From NCBI RefSeq assembly GCF_000011125.1, contig NC_000854.2, positions 660,001-692,000 on the forward strand: a DNA stretch of 32,000 nucleotides, read 5' to 3'. Origin of the DNA: Aeropyrum pernix K1 (GTDB lineage: Archaea; Thermoproteota; Thermoprotei_A; Sulfolobales; Acidilobaceae). Under the pieces are notes generated by a model. The model was not told where the DNA came from and did not search any database. It saw nothing but the letters and a program-made list of their open reading frames with translations. Positions 24,768 through 32,000 of this stretch are shown piece by piece; the first letter of the stretch is position 1, and each line of letters starts with the position of its first letter. The position numbers were made by a program, and so were the translations under genes.

Positions 24768-25646
24768 ATGGCGGTTCTGGTGGATAGCGAGACGAGGGTT
24801 CTCGTCCAGGGCATAACAGGCAGGGAGGGCTCCTTCCACGCCAAGGCCATGCTTGAGTACGGCACCAAAGTGGTTGCCGGCGTGACCCCCGGGAAGGGTG
24901 GCAGCGAGGTCCACGGCGTCCCGGTGTACGATAGTGTGAAGGAGGCTCTGGCCGAGCACCCGGAGATAAACACGAGCATAGTATTCGTCCCAGCACCCTT
25001 CGCGCCGGACGCAGTCTACGAGGCGGTGGACGCGGGGATAAGGCTTGTGGTGGTGATAACCGAGGGCATTCCAGTCCACGACACCATGAGGTTCGTGAAC
25101 TACGCCAGGCAGAAGGGGGCCACCATCATAGGGCCGAACTGCCCCGGAGCCATAACCCCGGGCCAGGCCAAGGTGGGCATCATGCCGGGCCACATTTTCA
25201 AGGAGGGCGGTGTGGCCGTGGTCAGCAGGAGCGGGACCCTGACCTACGAGATAAGCTACATGCTGACAAGGCAGGGGATAGGCCAGTCCACGGTTATAGG
25301 GATAGGCGGCGACCCCATAGTAGGGCTGAGCTTCACAGAGGCCCTCAAGCTCTTCCAGGAGGACCCGCAGACGGAGGCCCTCGTGCTCATAGGCGAGATA
25401 GGCGGCGACATGGAGGAGAGGGCTGCGGAGATGATAAAGAAGGGGGAGTTCACCAAGCCCGTGATAGCCTACATAGCAGGGAGGACCGCCCCGCCGGAGA
25501 AGAGGATGGGCCACGCCGGGGCGATAATAATGATGGGCACGGGGACCTACGAGGGCAAGGTTAAGGCGCTTAGGGAGGCCGGCGTGGAGGTGGCGGAGAC
25601 GCCCTTCGAGGTGCCGGAGCTGGTTAGGAAGGCTCTGAGGAGGTAG
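24768..25646 (+). CDS. sucD: Succinyl-CoA synthetase alpha subunit
   Basis: [23 protein letters not shown] and the phosphohistidine loop MGHAGAI. ATG 24768 is preferred over GTG 24753. Confidence 0.92.
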   Translation: MAVLVDSETRVLVQGITGREGSFHAKAMLEYGTKVVAGVTPGKGGSEVHGVPVYDSVKEALAEHPEINTSIVFVPAPFAPDAVYEAVDAGIRLVVVITEGIPVHDTMRFVNYARQKGATIIGPNCPGAITPGQAKVGIMPGHIFKEGGVAVVSRSGTLTYEISYMLTRQGIGQSTVIGIGGDPIVGLSFTEALKLFQEDPQTEALVLIGEIGGDMEERAAEMIKKGEFTKPVIAYIAGRTAPPEKRMGHAGAIIMMGTGTYEGKVKALREAGVEVAETPFEVPELVRKALRR

Positions 25647-25670
25647 CGGGAGGCCGAGGTCCTCACCCGC

Positions 25671-27290
25671 CTACCCCCTCCCCCTTCTCCTCCTGCTCTG
25701 CAGCTCCTCCCCAGTCCCCCTTGCTATAACCTCGTAGAGGACAGCCCTCTTACCCTCCCCGGGCCTGAGGAGGCGGCCAAGCCTCTGTATGAACTGCCTC
25801 CTACTTCCTGTCCCCGAGACGAGTATGCCGACGTTTGCGTCGGGTATGTCGAGGCCCTCGTCCCCGACAGTGGTCACCACCAGTGCTCCAGCCTTTAGGG
25901 CCCTGAACTTGGCTAGGGTCGCCTCCCTCACCCTCCTCTCCAGCCCGCCGTGGAGGAGGAGCGCGCCTGTCCGCCTGGCTATCTCCTCGGCCTGCCTCCT
26001 GTACTGGGTGAACACTATCACCTTCGAGCCCCGGGAGAGCTCCTCCCTCACCAGCTTCTCGACAGCCCTGATCTTCGACTCGCTCAGCTGGACTATCTCC
26101 TTCATCCTCGTGTTCACCCTTATAGCCTCGATGGCTGTGGGGTCTCCCCTCCTCGCGTCCTCGAGTATCTTCTCGAAGCTCCTCCCCCGGGCCAGGATCC
26201 TGTACTTCCTCTTCAGGTCCTCGTAGAGCCTCTTCTCCTCCTCCTCCAGCTCCACCTTCACCCTCCTTATAACGAAGGGGGCTAGGTAGCCCTTCCTGGT
26301 CAGCTCGCCGGGGCTGCTGCTATACACAACACCGCCCACCAGGCTGTAGACCTCCTCGTGCCTCCCGTCCTCCCGCTCTATGGTGGCGGAGAGGCCCATC
26401 CTGTAGGGGGCTGGGCTGGCTGAGGCTATCCTCTTGAACTTGTCAGCGGGGATGTGGTGGGCCTCGTCGAACACTAGGAAGGGGAAGAGGGGGGCTAGCC
26501 TGTCTATGTGGCGGTACGCAGTCTGGTACGTGGTGACCGTTATCGGGGCTAGCCTCTTCTCCTCCCCGTAGTACGCCCCCACCAGGCTGTGGGCGTCTGT
26601 GAACCTCCTGAAGGCGTCTATCCACTGGCGGACGTGGTCCCTGGTGTAGACGACTATGAGGCTCCACACCCCAGCCCAGGCCACAGCGGCTATGGCCACT
26701 ACAGTCTTCCCCGCCCCCGTGGGCAGCACTATAACCCCCCGACCCCCCGCCTTCCTCCACGCCTCCAGAGCCTCCTCCTGGTAGTCCCTGAGCTCGCCTG
26801 TGAAGCGTACGGGCCGGGGGAGGCTGCGGGAGGAGGGGGGGAAGACCCTGTCCTCGACCTTGAGCCCCCTCCTCTCGAACGCCTCCCTGAGGCGGGGGTA
26901 CATTATGGGCGGCGCCCTGTAGGCCCTCGCCTCCCTGTCGTAGGGGAGGCTCAGCCCCTCCTCCTCCAGTATGGGCTTGAGCATGACCCTGCTGCTTATG
27001 TAGACCCAGCCGCCCCTCAGCTCCAGGACGACCCGGAGGGCCTCTTCGGCAGCCCTCTTGAGCGCCTCTAGATCCTCCTCCACCGCCACGCCCAGGTCCT
27101 CGAGGGACGCGATAGCGTCCCAGAGTGTGAGGCCGTTACCCCTCAGCCTCTCAGGGTCTATCCTGAAGAGCCCGTATCCCCTGTCCCTCCCGAGGTAGCG
27201 GGCGTAGCGCGAGATCTCCCCGAAGACTTCGTCGCTCAGCCACCCTCTAACCCTGAAGGTCAGCCTCCAAGGCCCCAGCTCCCTCTCCAC
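25671..27290 (-). CDS. xpb: XPB/Rad25-type SF2 DNA helicase
   Basis: LRDYQEEAL, motif I LPTGAGKT, motif II FDEAHH, and motif III SAT followed by the XPB-specific RED motif (SATIEREDG). There is an N-terminal domain of about 70 aa, as in archaeal XPB. Confidence 0.85.
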   Translation of the reverse strand: MERELGPWRLTFRVRGWLSDEVFGEISRYARYLGRDRGYGLFRIDPERLRGNGLTLWDAIASLEDLGVAVEEDLEALKRAAEEALRVVLELRGGWVYISSRVMLKPILEEEGLSLPYDREARAYRAPPIMYPRLREAFERRGLKVEDRVFPPSSRSLPRPVRFTGELRDYQEEALEAWRKAGGRGVIVLPTGAGKTVVAIAAVAWAGVWSLIVVYTRDHVRQWIDAFRRFTDAHSLVGAYYGEEKRLAPITVTTYQTAYRHIDRLAPLFPFLVFDEAHHIPADKFKRIASASPAPYRMGLSATIEREDGRHEEVYSLVGGVVYSSSPGELTRKGYLAPFVIRRVKVELEEEEKRLYEDLKRKYRILARGRSFEKILEDARRGDPTAIEAIRVNTRMKEIVQLSESKIRAVEKLVREELSRGSKVIVFTQYRRQAEEIARRTGALLLHGGLERRVREATLAKFRALKAGALVVTTVGDEGLDIPDANVGILVSGTGSRRQFIQRLGRLLRPGEGKRAVLYEVIARGTGEELQSRRRRGRG

Positions 27291-27297
27291 CCTCTAA

Positions 27298-27789
27298 TCA
27301 CCCCTGAGGCGACGGCGGCGCCGGCTCCAGCCCCTCAACACTCCACCCCTCCGGCTCGACCCCAAGCTTCTCAAGCGCCTTCTTGACCCTATAGGGCGGG
27401 TCTAGCGGTATTACTATCTCAACGCACCCCCTGTCCAGCGCGACCTTCGAGACCTCCGGCCAGTCAGCCGCCTTGAGGAGCCTGGGGCCCCACTCGTCGC
27501 CGCAGCCCCTAAGGACTAGGGCGGCCGCCGAGTAGCACTCGTCCTCCATGCTCCAGGATACGTGGTAGAAGACCTGTAGGCCGCCGGCGCTCGAGAGGCG
27601 TATGAGGGCCTCGTCCACCCCCATCTTCTCCAGGGCGGCGACGACGGCGTGCAGCTCCTCCTCGCCAGCATCTACCAGGGGGAGGCCGTCCTCGATACAG
27701 GGCCCGGCTTGATGCGTGGGTTCCAGCTCAACCCCGCCCCCCGCGGGTCGCCGCTTAACACTCGCCTCATCGCCGGGCCCCCGCTCCAT
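27298..27789 (-). CDS. Hypothetical protein, apparently co-transcribed with XPB
   Basis: 163-aa ORF with an ATG start preceded by AGAGGAGG and a TATA-like ATAAACCTATA element. Its stop is 7 nt before the XPB start. The globular-looking core is GLQVFYHVSWSMEDECYSAAALVLRGCGDEWGPRLL. I recognised no motif. Confidence 0.5.
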   Translation of the reverse strand: MERGPGDEASVKRRPAGGGVELEPTHQAGPCIEDGLPLVDAGEEELHAVVAALEKMGVDEALIRLSSAGGLQVFYHVSWSMEDECYSAAALVLRGCGDEWGPRLLKAADWPEVSKVALDRGCVEIVIPLDPPYRVKKALEKLGVEPEGWSVEGLEPAPPSPQG

Positions 27790-27924
27790 CTCGCCTCCTC
27801 TGTATAGGTTTATGGATCCCCGGGGGTGTTAAGGCTTGGCCACCGCCACACGGGTTTTGCGGCCCTCGTCCACACGATGTTATAGGGGCGCTACAGTTCA
27901 ACGCGGCATAAAGCGTCTGCCCCC

Positions 27925-27930
27925 TTATAT
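27925..27930 (+). promoter_or_regulatory. TATA-like box (TTATAT) for the HTH-PRTase gene, consistent with a leaderless transcript
   Basis: ccccTTATATccccc is centred about 29 nt upstream of ATG 27956. Crenarchaeal TATA boxes sit about 26-27 nt upstream of the TSS, and first genes are often leaderless. Confidence 0.3.
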
Positions 27931-27955
27931 CCCCCGTAGTCCCCGTGATTGTCTC

Positions 27956-28714
27956 ATGGGGTGCTGGACTATTACGCCTGCTAGGGGCCCGGCGGCGTGC
28001 CCCCCGGTGGAGGCGCCGCAGGGGGAGGCCAGGTATAGGGCGGCGCTTATACTGAGGTCTGCCAGGAGGTTCATGACTCTGAGGGAGCTCTCCGAGGTCC
28101 TCGGGCTCCCCGTCTCGGCTGTGTCTAGGTACTCGAACCTGAAGCTCCTCCCCAGCGTGGAGAGCGCTAGGAGGATAATTGAGGGGTTGCTCTCCAGGCC
28201 GGTCCTCTCGAGCATACTTATGAAGAGGATAACTGCCTCGAGGACGGGGCGGGAGGCCACGGTCTACGATATCTCCTCGGCGGCGGGGGACCCCGATATA
28301 CTACACCTTGTTGGGGAGTACGTGTGCGCGAGGTCTAGGGGCCTCTTCGACGCGATAGTAGCCCCGGAGGTGGGCGGGGTGACGTTCGCCACCGCGGTGG
28401 CCATGGTGTCGAGGAAGCCCCTCGCGATAGCCAGGAGAAGCAGGATGGGGTGGGAGAGGTTCGTGGAGATACCCGTCTACAGGGACCCGGCGACGGTGGA
28501 GTACTACTATCTAAACCTGGACTACCTCAGGGGTGTGGAGGCCGCGATTATAGTGGACGACTTCGGCGTCAGGGGCGCCACCCTAGCCGGGTTCGTCGAA
28601 GCCCTAGAGGGCCACGGCATTGAGGTGAAGGGTGTCTACCTGATGGTCGGTGTGGGGGGAGACTGGAGGAAGGCCCACCCGGCCGCGGAGGCCATACTCG
28701 AGATAGGGCTATAG
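27956..28714 (+). CDS. Putative transcriptional regulator: N-terminal HTH fused to a phosphoribosyltransferase (PRTase) domain (PurR/GfcR-like architecture)
   Basis: The HTH-like segment is MTLRELSEVLGLPVSAVSRYSN. The PRTase fold is marked by VAPEVGGVTFATAVA and the PRPP-loop-like AAIIVDDFGVRGATL. The maximal ORF starts at 27836, but its first 40 codons look non-coding. Confidence 0.65.
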   Translation: MGCWTITPARGPAACPPVEAPQGEARYRAALILRSARRFMTLRELSEVLGLPVSAVSRYSNLKLLPSVESARRIIEGLLSRPVLSSILMKRITASRTGREATVYDISSAAGDPDILHLVGEYVCARSRGLFDAIVAPEVGGVTFATAVAMVSRKPLAIARRSRMGWERFVEIPVYRDPATVEYYYLNLDYLRGVEAAIIVDDFGVRGATLAGFVEALEGHGIEVKGVYLMVGVGGDWRKAHPAAEAILEIGL

Positions 28715-28867
28715 CATGGCCGGTGAGGGCGGCGTCAGTGAGGTCACCACTCGCCATCCCCCCGCGGGGCCGCGGGGGCCCTGGGGGGTGCTGCACTCGG
28801 CAAAGACATCATCCTGCCCCGTGTATATGGCTAGGAGGGGGCCCGGGGTATAAGGGTTGGCCCCCTG

Positions 28868-29806
28868 CTACCCTAGGAGCTGGTCCACGATCTTCTGGGG
28901 GTCGAAGGGCCTGAGGTCCTCGTACCTCTGGCCCGTGCCTATGTAGAGTATGGGCTTCCTTATGGCGTGGGCCACGGAGACTAGGGTGCCGCCCTTTGGG
29001 TCGGCGTCCACCTTGGTCACTATAACCCCGTCCACCCCGACAGCCTCGTCGAAGAGCCTCGCCTGCTCGACAGCGTCGTTACCGGTGAGGGAGTCGACCA
29101 CGAGTATCTTGTAGTCGGGCTTCACAACCCGGACTATCTTCCTCAGCTCCTCAACCAGGTTGCTGTCGACGTGCATCCTGCCGGCTGTGTCCACGAGGAC
29201 GGCGCAGAAGCCCCTTGACTCCGCATGCTTTACAGCGTCATATGCCACACTCGCCGGGTCGCCGCCGTATCGGCCCCGGACTATGGGGACGCCCAGCTTC
29301 TCCGCGTGGACGGCGAGCTGCTCCTGGGCGCCCGCCCTGAAGGTGTCGGCCGCGGCTATCACCGGCGTAACCCCGGCCTTCCTCAGCATGTACGCCACCT
29401 TCGCTATAGTCGTCGTCTTCCCCGTCCCGTTGACGCCCAGGAACAGTATGACCAGGGGCCTCCCGCCGCAGCGCCGCCTAGCCTCGGCTGCGAGGTCAGG
29501 CCTCGGCCCCGGGTCGAGCAGCGTTAGCAGCGCCTTCCTGAGGGCATCCCTGACAACCTTCTCCACGGGCTCGCCCCGCCTCACCCTGTAGCCCGTGAGC
29601 CCCTCCTTGACGCCCGCCACTATCGACTCCGCCGCCTCGAGGGCTACGTCGGACTCGACCAGGTCTATGAGGATATCGTCCAGCACCGGCTCGAGGTCCT
29701 CAGGCTTCAGCTCCTTGTAGGCGAGAGTGTCCACTATCCCCCGGGCTATGTGCTCTGAGGCCCTGTTTAGAGCCTCCCTAAGCCTCCCAAACAACCTCCT
29801 CGACAC
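28868..29806 (-). CDS. ftsY: Signal recognition particle receptor FtsY
   Basis: SRP-GTPase motifs GVNGTGKTTT, DTAGR and TKVDADPKGG. The short archaeal N-domain and its position in the conserved cluster fit FtsY. Confidence 0.92.
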   Translation of the reverse strand: MSRRLFGRLREALNRASEHIARGIVDTLAYKELKPEDLEPVLDDILIDLVESDVALEAAESIVAGVKEGLTGYRVRRGEPVEKVVRDALRKALLTLLDPGPRPDLAAEARRRCGGRPLVILFLGVNGTGKTTTIAKVAYMLRKAGVTPVIAAADTFRAGAQEQLAVHAEKLGVPIVRGRYGGDPASVAYDAVKHAESRGFCAVLVDTAGRMHVDSNLVEELRKIVRVVKPDYKILVVDSLTGNDAVEQARLFDEAVGVDGVIVTKVDADPKGGTLVSVAHAIRKPILYIGTGQRYEDLRPFDPQKIVDQLLG

Positions 29807-29888
29807 ACCTCCGGATAACGTGTTCTAGGTAGGAGTGGGGGCGCGGGGTCCTGTGGCTGGGGACGGGGGAGGCTGGGGGCCCCCGGGT

Positions 29889-30353
29889 TTAGGAGCCCTG
29901 CTTCTGCTGCTGCCCCGCCTGCTGGGCGGCCTGGCCTGCGGTGAGGGCTTGAAGCAGCTGTAGGTACTGGTCGTGGGTCCTCGAGAGCTTGTCCAGCTCC
30001 TGCTTCAGCGTCTCTAGACTCCTTTTGAGGGCGTCCTCCTTCTTGGCCAGTATCTCGGTGGCCTTTGCCGTGTCGAGCTTGGCGTAGACGTTGAGGCCCA
30101 GGTGTACAATCGCCTTGCCCGGCTCCAGCAGCCTGGCCTTAAGTATCGTGTTGAGCTCGGGGTCACCGGGGAACAGGGTTTCCCCGTCCTGGCCGGCGGC
30201 CTTCTCCACGGTCTCCTTCGCCGCCTGCACGCTCCTGAGCCTGAGCTCGAGCTGGGCTAGGACGCCCTGGAGCTCGGCTATCTGGTCCCTTATCATCTGG
30301 AGCTGGGCGGCTATCTCCTCGGGGCTGGGCATCTGCTGCGCCACCATGTTCAC
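29889..30353 (-). CDS. pfdA: Prefoldin alpha subunit
   Basis: 154 aa with coiled-coil ends flanking a central beta-hairpin region (LFPGDPELNTILKARLLEPGKAIVHLGLNVYAKLD). It lies in the conserved position between rplX and ftsY. Confidence 0.8.
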   Translation of the reverse strand: MNMVAQQMPSPEEIAAQLQMIRDQIAELQGVLAQLELRLRSVQAAKETVEKAAGQDGETLFPGDPELNTILKARLLEPGKAIVHLGLNVYAKLDTAKATEILAKKEDALKRSLETLKQELDKLSRTHDQYLQLLQALTAGQAAQQAGQQQKQGS

Positions 30354-30616
30354 CCCGTCTTGACGAAGCGCTCCAGCGAGGCCAGCCTTATTATGTTGAG
30401 GTCCTCAACCTCCCCGGGGTCCACCTCCTCCACGCTCCTAATCCTGATGTGCTTCCTCCTCAGCTTGTGCCTGCTCCCCAGGTCGGAGTAGACCTTCTCC
30501 AGTGCGTGCTCCCGCTTCAGAGCCCTAACATAGACCTCGAACTTCCTCCACTCCGGGTACCTGTCGTGGGATATGAGCATCTCACCCTTAACCCTATACA
30601 CCTTAACCTCGCTCAC
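30350..30616 (-). CDS. rplX: 50S ribosomal protein LX (L18Ae/L20A family)
   Basis: 88 aa with an N-terminus [13 protein letters not shown] and a conserved position between aIF6 and pfdA. GTG start. Confidence 0.8.
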   Translation of the reverse strand: MSEVKVYRVKGEMLISHDRYPEWRKFEVYVRALKREHALEKVYSDLGSRHKLRRKHIRIRSVEEVDPGEVEDLNIIRLASLERFVKTG

Positions 30617-31314
30617 TTCACTCCACCTCCGAGGGCCACCTGTATACGCGCTATCTCGGGGCCCGTTGTATCCTCTCCAACCAGGGCCCCATAACTGTTC
30701 GCAACCAGGCCGGTCCTAACGAACTCGACCCCGAAGTTTATGGTGCCGGCCTCGAACGGCACCTTAAAAACGTCTGAGAGGAACTTGAGCTCCTCCTCGC
30801 TAGCGTCCGGGTGGGCCAGGCCTCCCCTGTTGGTCACCACTATAGCCGAGCCCACGGTGTAAACCCCCGCCACCGAGCCCTCGACAACCTCGACCCCCAG
30901 CGTGTCCGAGACGGTCTTCAAAGCCTCCTTCTCGAGCCCGGGCGAGGCTAGGCAGGCCCTGTCGTTGCAGACGATAACGTTACCGAGGGCGTTGCTCCTA
31001 GTGGGGACTATACCCACCTCAACACCCTCCAGCGCCTTCCTAACCAGCTCAACCTCCCTGTCAACACCCTCTGGCAGGAGGATCCCCCTGCTGTTGCCCG
31101 TGGTCAGCACGCCCACCAGCCTCATACCGAGAACCCTGAGCCTCACAACCCGCTCCATAGCCACCCCGAGGACCTCGGAGATAGTCCTGACATCGTCCGC
31201 CCCAATGTCGTCCGGGGCTAGCACGTAGGAGTCGGAGGCGGTTAGGTACACGCCTATATTAGGGTTGCCATAGAGGCTCAGCTTCTCCACGGTAAAGCTG
31301 CCGCCATTGCTCAT
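30613..31314 (-). CDS. eif6: Translation initiation factor 6 (aIF6)
   Basis: [20 protein letters not shown] and the repeated pentein-like segments are typical of eIF6. ATG 31314 is preferred over TTG 31320. Confidence 0.9.
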   Translation of the reverse strand: MSNGGSFTVEKLSLYGNPNIGVYLTASDSYVLAPDDIGADDVRTISEVLGVAMERVVRLRVLGMRLVGVLTTGNSRGILLPEGVDREVELVRKALEGVEVGIVPTRSNALGNVIVCNDRACLASPGLEKEALKTVSDTLGVEVVEGSVAGVYTVGSAIVVTNRGGLAHPDASEEELKFLSDVFKVPFEAGTINFGVEFVRTGLVANSYGALVGEDTTGPEIARIQVALGGGVK

Positions 31315-31406
31315 CAACAACCACCTTCACACCAGCCATAGCGTTAACACGCTGGGGGCGGGGTTCCACCTGTGGCCCGGCATAGGCGTTGTAGGCGCCT
31401 GGGGGT

Positions 31407-31724
31407 TCAGCCCTTGTACCTGCCGGGCCTGAGCTTCCTGCCCGCCAGCCTTACTACCGCCTTCCTTATCCTCTCCCCACCCTCCTCCGGCTCCTCCTCT
31501 CTTATAGAGACTATTATCTTGACCCTCGCCGGCGGCTTCTCCCTACTCCTGCTCCAGATGTAGTTGTTCAGCTCGTTGTCGATGACGACCTCGTCCGCCT
31601 TGGTGTGGCGCCTGACGAACTCCCTCACCATCCTCACAGCCCTTATGGCCCTCCTAGTCCTCCTACCCCAGTATACGCGGCGGAGGTTTACCACGTAAAC
31701 CCAAGTCCCCTCGCTGGGCACCAC
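31407..31724 (-). CDS. rpl31e: 50S ribosomal protein L31e
   Basis: VNLRRVYWGRRTRRAIRAVRMVREF...NELNNYIWSRSREKPPARVKI is the L31e pattern. The GTG start is preceded by GGTGAG. Confidence 0.9.
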   Translation of the reverse strand: MVPSEGTWVYVVNLRRVYWGRRTRRAIRAVRMVREFVRRHTKADEVVIDNELNNYIWSRSREKPPARVKIIVSIREEEPEEGGERIRKAVVRLAGRKLRPGRYKG

Positions 31725-31739
31725 TCACCCACCCCCGGG

Positions 31740-31895
31740 CTAGACCTTCAGCTTGCTCCTCCTCCAGTGCCTCCTCAGGAGGTTGAACCTTATCCTCCTA
31801 CTCGTCCTTATGACCACCCAGACGGGTATGGCCCTGTTTGACTTGAGGGCTCTGGCGAGCCTGAGCTTCCTGCCCAGAGGCTTGTTCCTAGCCAT
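31740..31895 (-). CDS. rpl39e: 50S ribosomal protein L39e
   Basis: My own translation gives MARNKPLGRKLRLARALKSNRAIPVWVVIRTSRRIRFNLLRRHWRRSKLKV* (51 aa). It is absent from the supplied track, presumably because it falls below the length cutoff. A GGAGGGGGTGGTG SD-like sequence lies upstream. Confidence 0.9.
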   Translation of the reverse strand: MARNKPLGRKLRLARALKSNRAIPVWVVIRTSRRIRFNLLRRHWRRSKLKV

Positions 31896-31946
31896 GCACC
31901 ACCCCCTCCGGGTTAGCCCTAGAGTCCAGCGGTTTTATTCTGCCAG

Positions 31947-32000
31947 CTACTTCCTCTTTATCCTTATCTCGAAGTCTCTCCTAGTGCTCCTGTCCAGCTC
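31947..32000 (-). CDS. 3' end of an upstream gene (partial); possibly the PDCD5/TFAR19-like DNA-binding protein often found before rpl39e
   Basis: The reverse strand reads ...ELDRSTRRDFEIRIKRK* with a TAG at 31947-31949. The basic tail and cluster position suggest the call, but only 17 codons are visible. Confidence 0.3.
   Translation of the reverse strand, partial: ELDRSTRRDFEIRIKRK

Noticed and set aside
24630-25514. 294-aa minus-strand ORF antisense to sucD.
   Set aside because: sucD motifs on the plus strand are unambiguous. The antisense product is low-complexity and rich in H/P/G/L/Y.
28723-28914. A 63-aa plus-strand ORF in the convergent spacer, running into ftsY antisense.
   Set aside because: It is R/G/P-rich, overlaps the ftsY 3' end, and has no start context.
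1-32000. I looked for CRISPR arrays, IS elements or transposases, integrases, toxin-antitoxin pairs and known defence-system hallmarks.
   Set aside because: I saw no regularly spaced direct repeats and no transposase, integrase or nuclease-NTPase defence-like ORFs. Apart from the left edge, the window reads as core chromosome.

Overview
High-G+C (roughly 60% or more by eye) archaeal chromosomal segment. Gene content points to a hyperthermophilic crenarchaeon: aIF6, L39e, L31e, LX, prefoldin alpha, XPB, Taw1, archaeal LeuRS. An Aeropyrum-like member of the Desulfurococcales is my unverified guess. I support about 36 protein genes, densely packed on both strands. Many use GTG or TTG starts, and several junctions have 4-nt start/stop overlaps. 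I recognised no rRNA, tRNA, CRISPR array, transposase or integrase. Most of the window is housekeeping: leuS, cdd, sucCD, trxB, taw1, ftsY, and the conserved L39e-L31e-aIF6-LX-pfdA-ftsY cluster. It also holds two ABC transporters, an SQR-like flavoprotein, HtpX and a nitroreductase. The parts worth a second look are: (1) a visibly AT-rich left edge carrying a type IV pilin-like gene that is missing from the ORF track; (2) a MoxR AAA+/VWA pair of unknown function; (3) a 330-bp AT-rich intergenic region with repeats and palindromes; (4) a substrate-binding protein carried on a long repetitive coiled-coil stalk; (5) an XPB helicase preceded by a small unknown ORF where Bax1 would be expected, next to a divergent HTH-phosphoribosyltransferase-type regulator; (6) several orphan ORFs. 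No finding is proven to be a new system. All functional calls rest on motif recognition by eye, without database searches.
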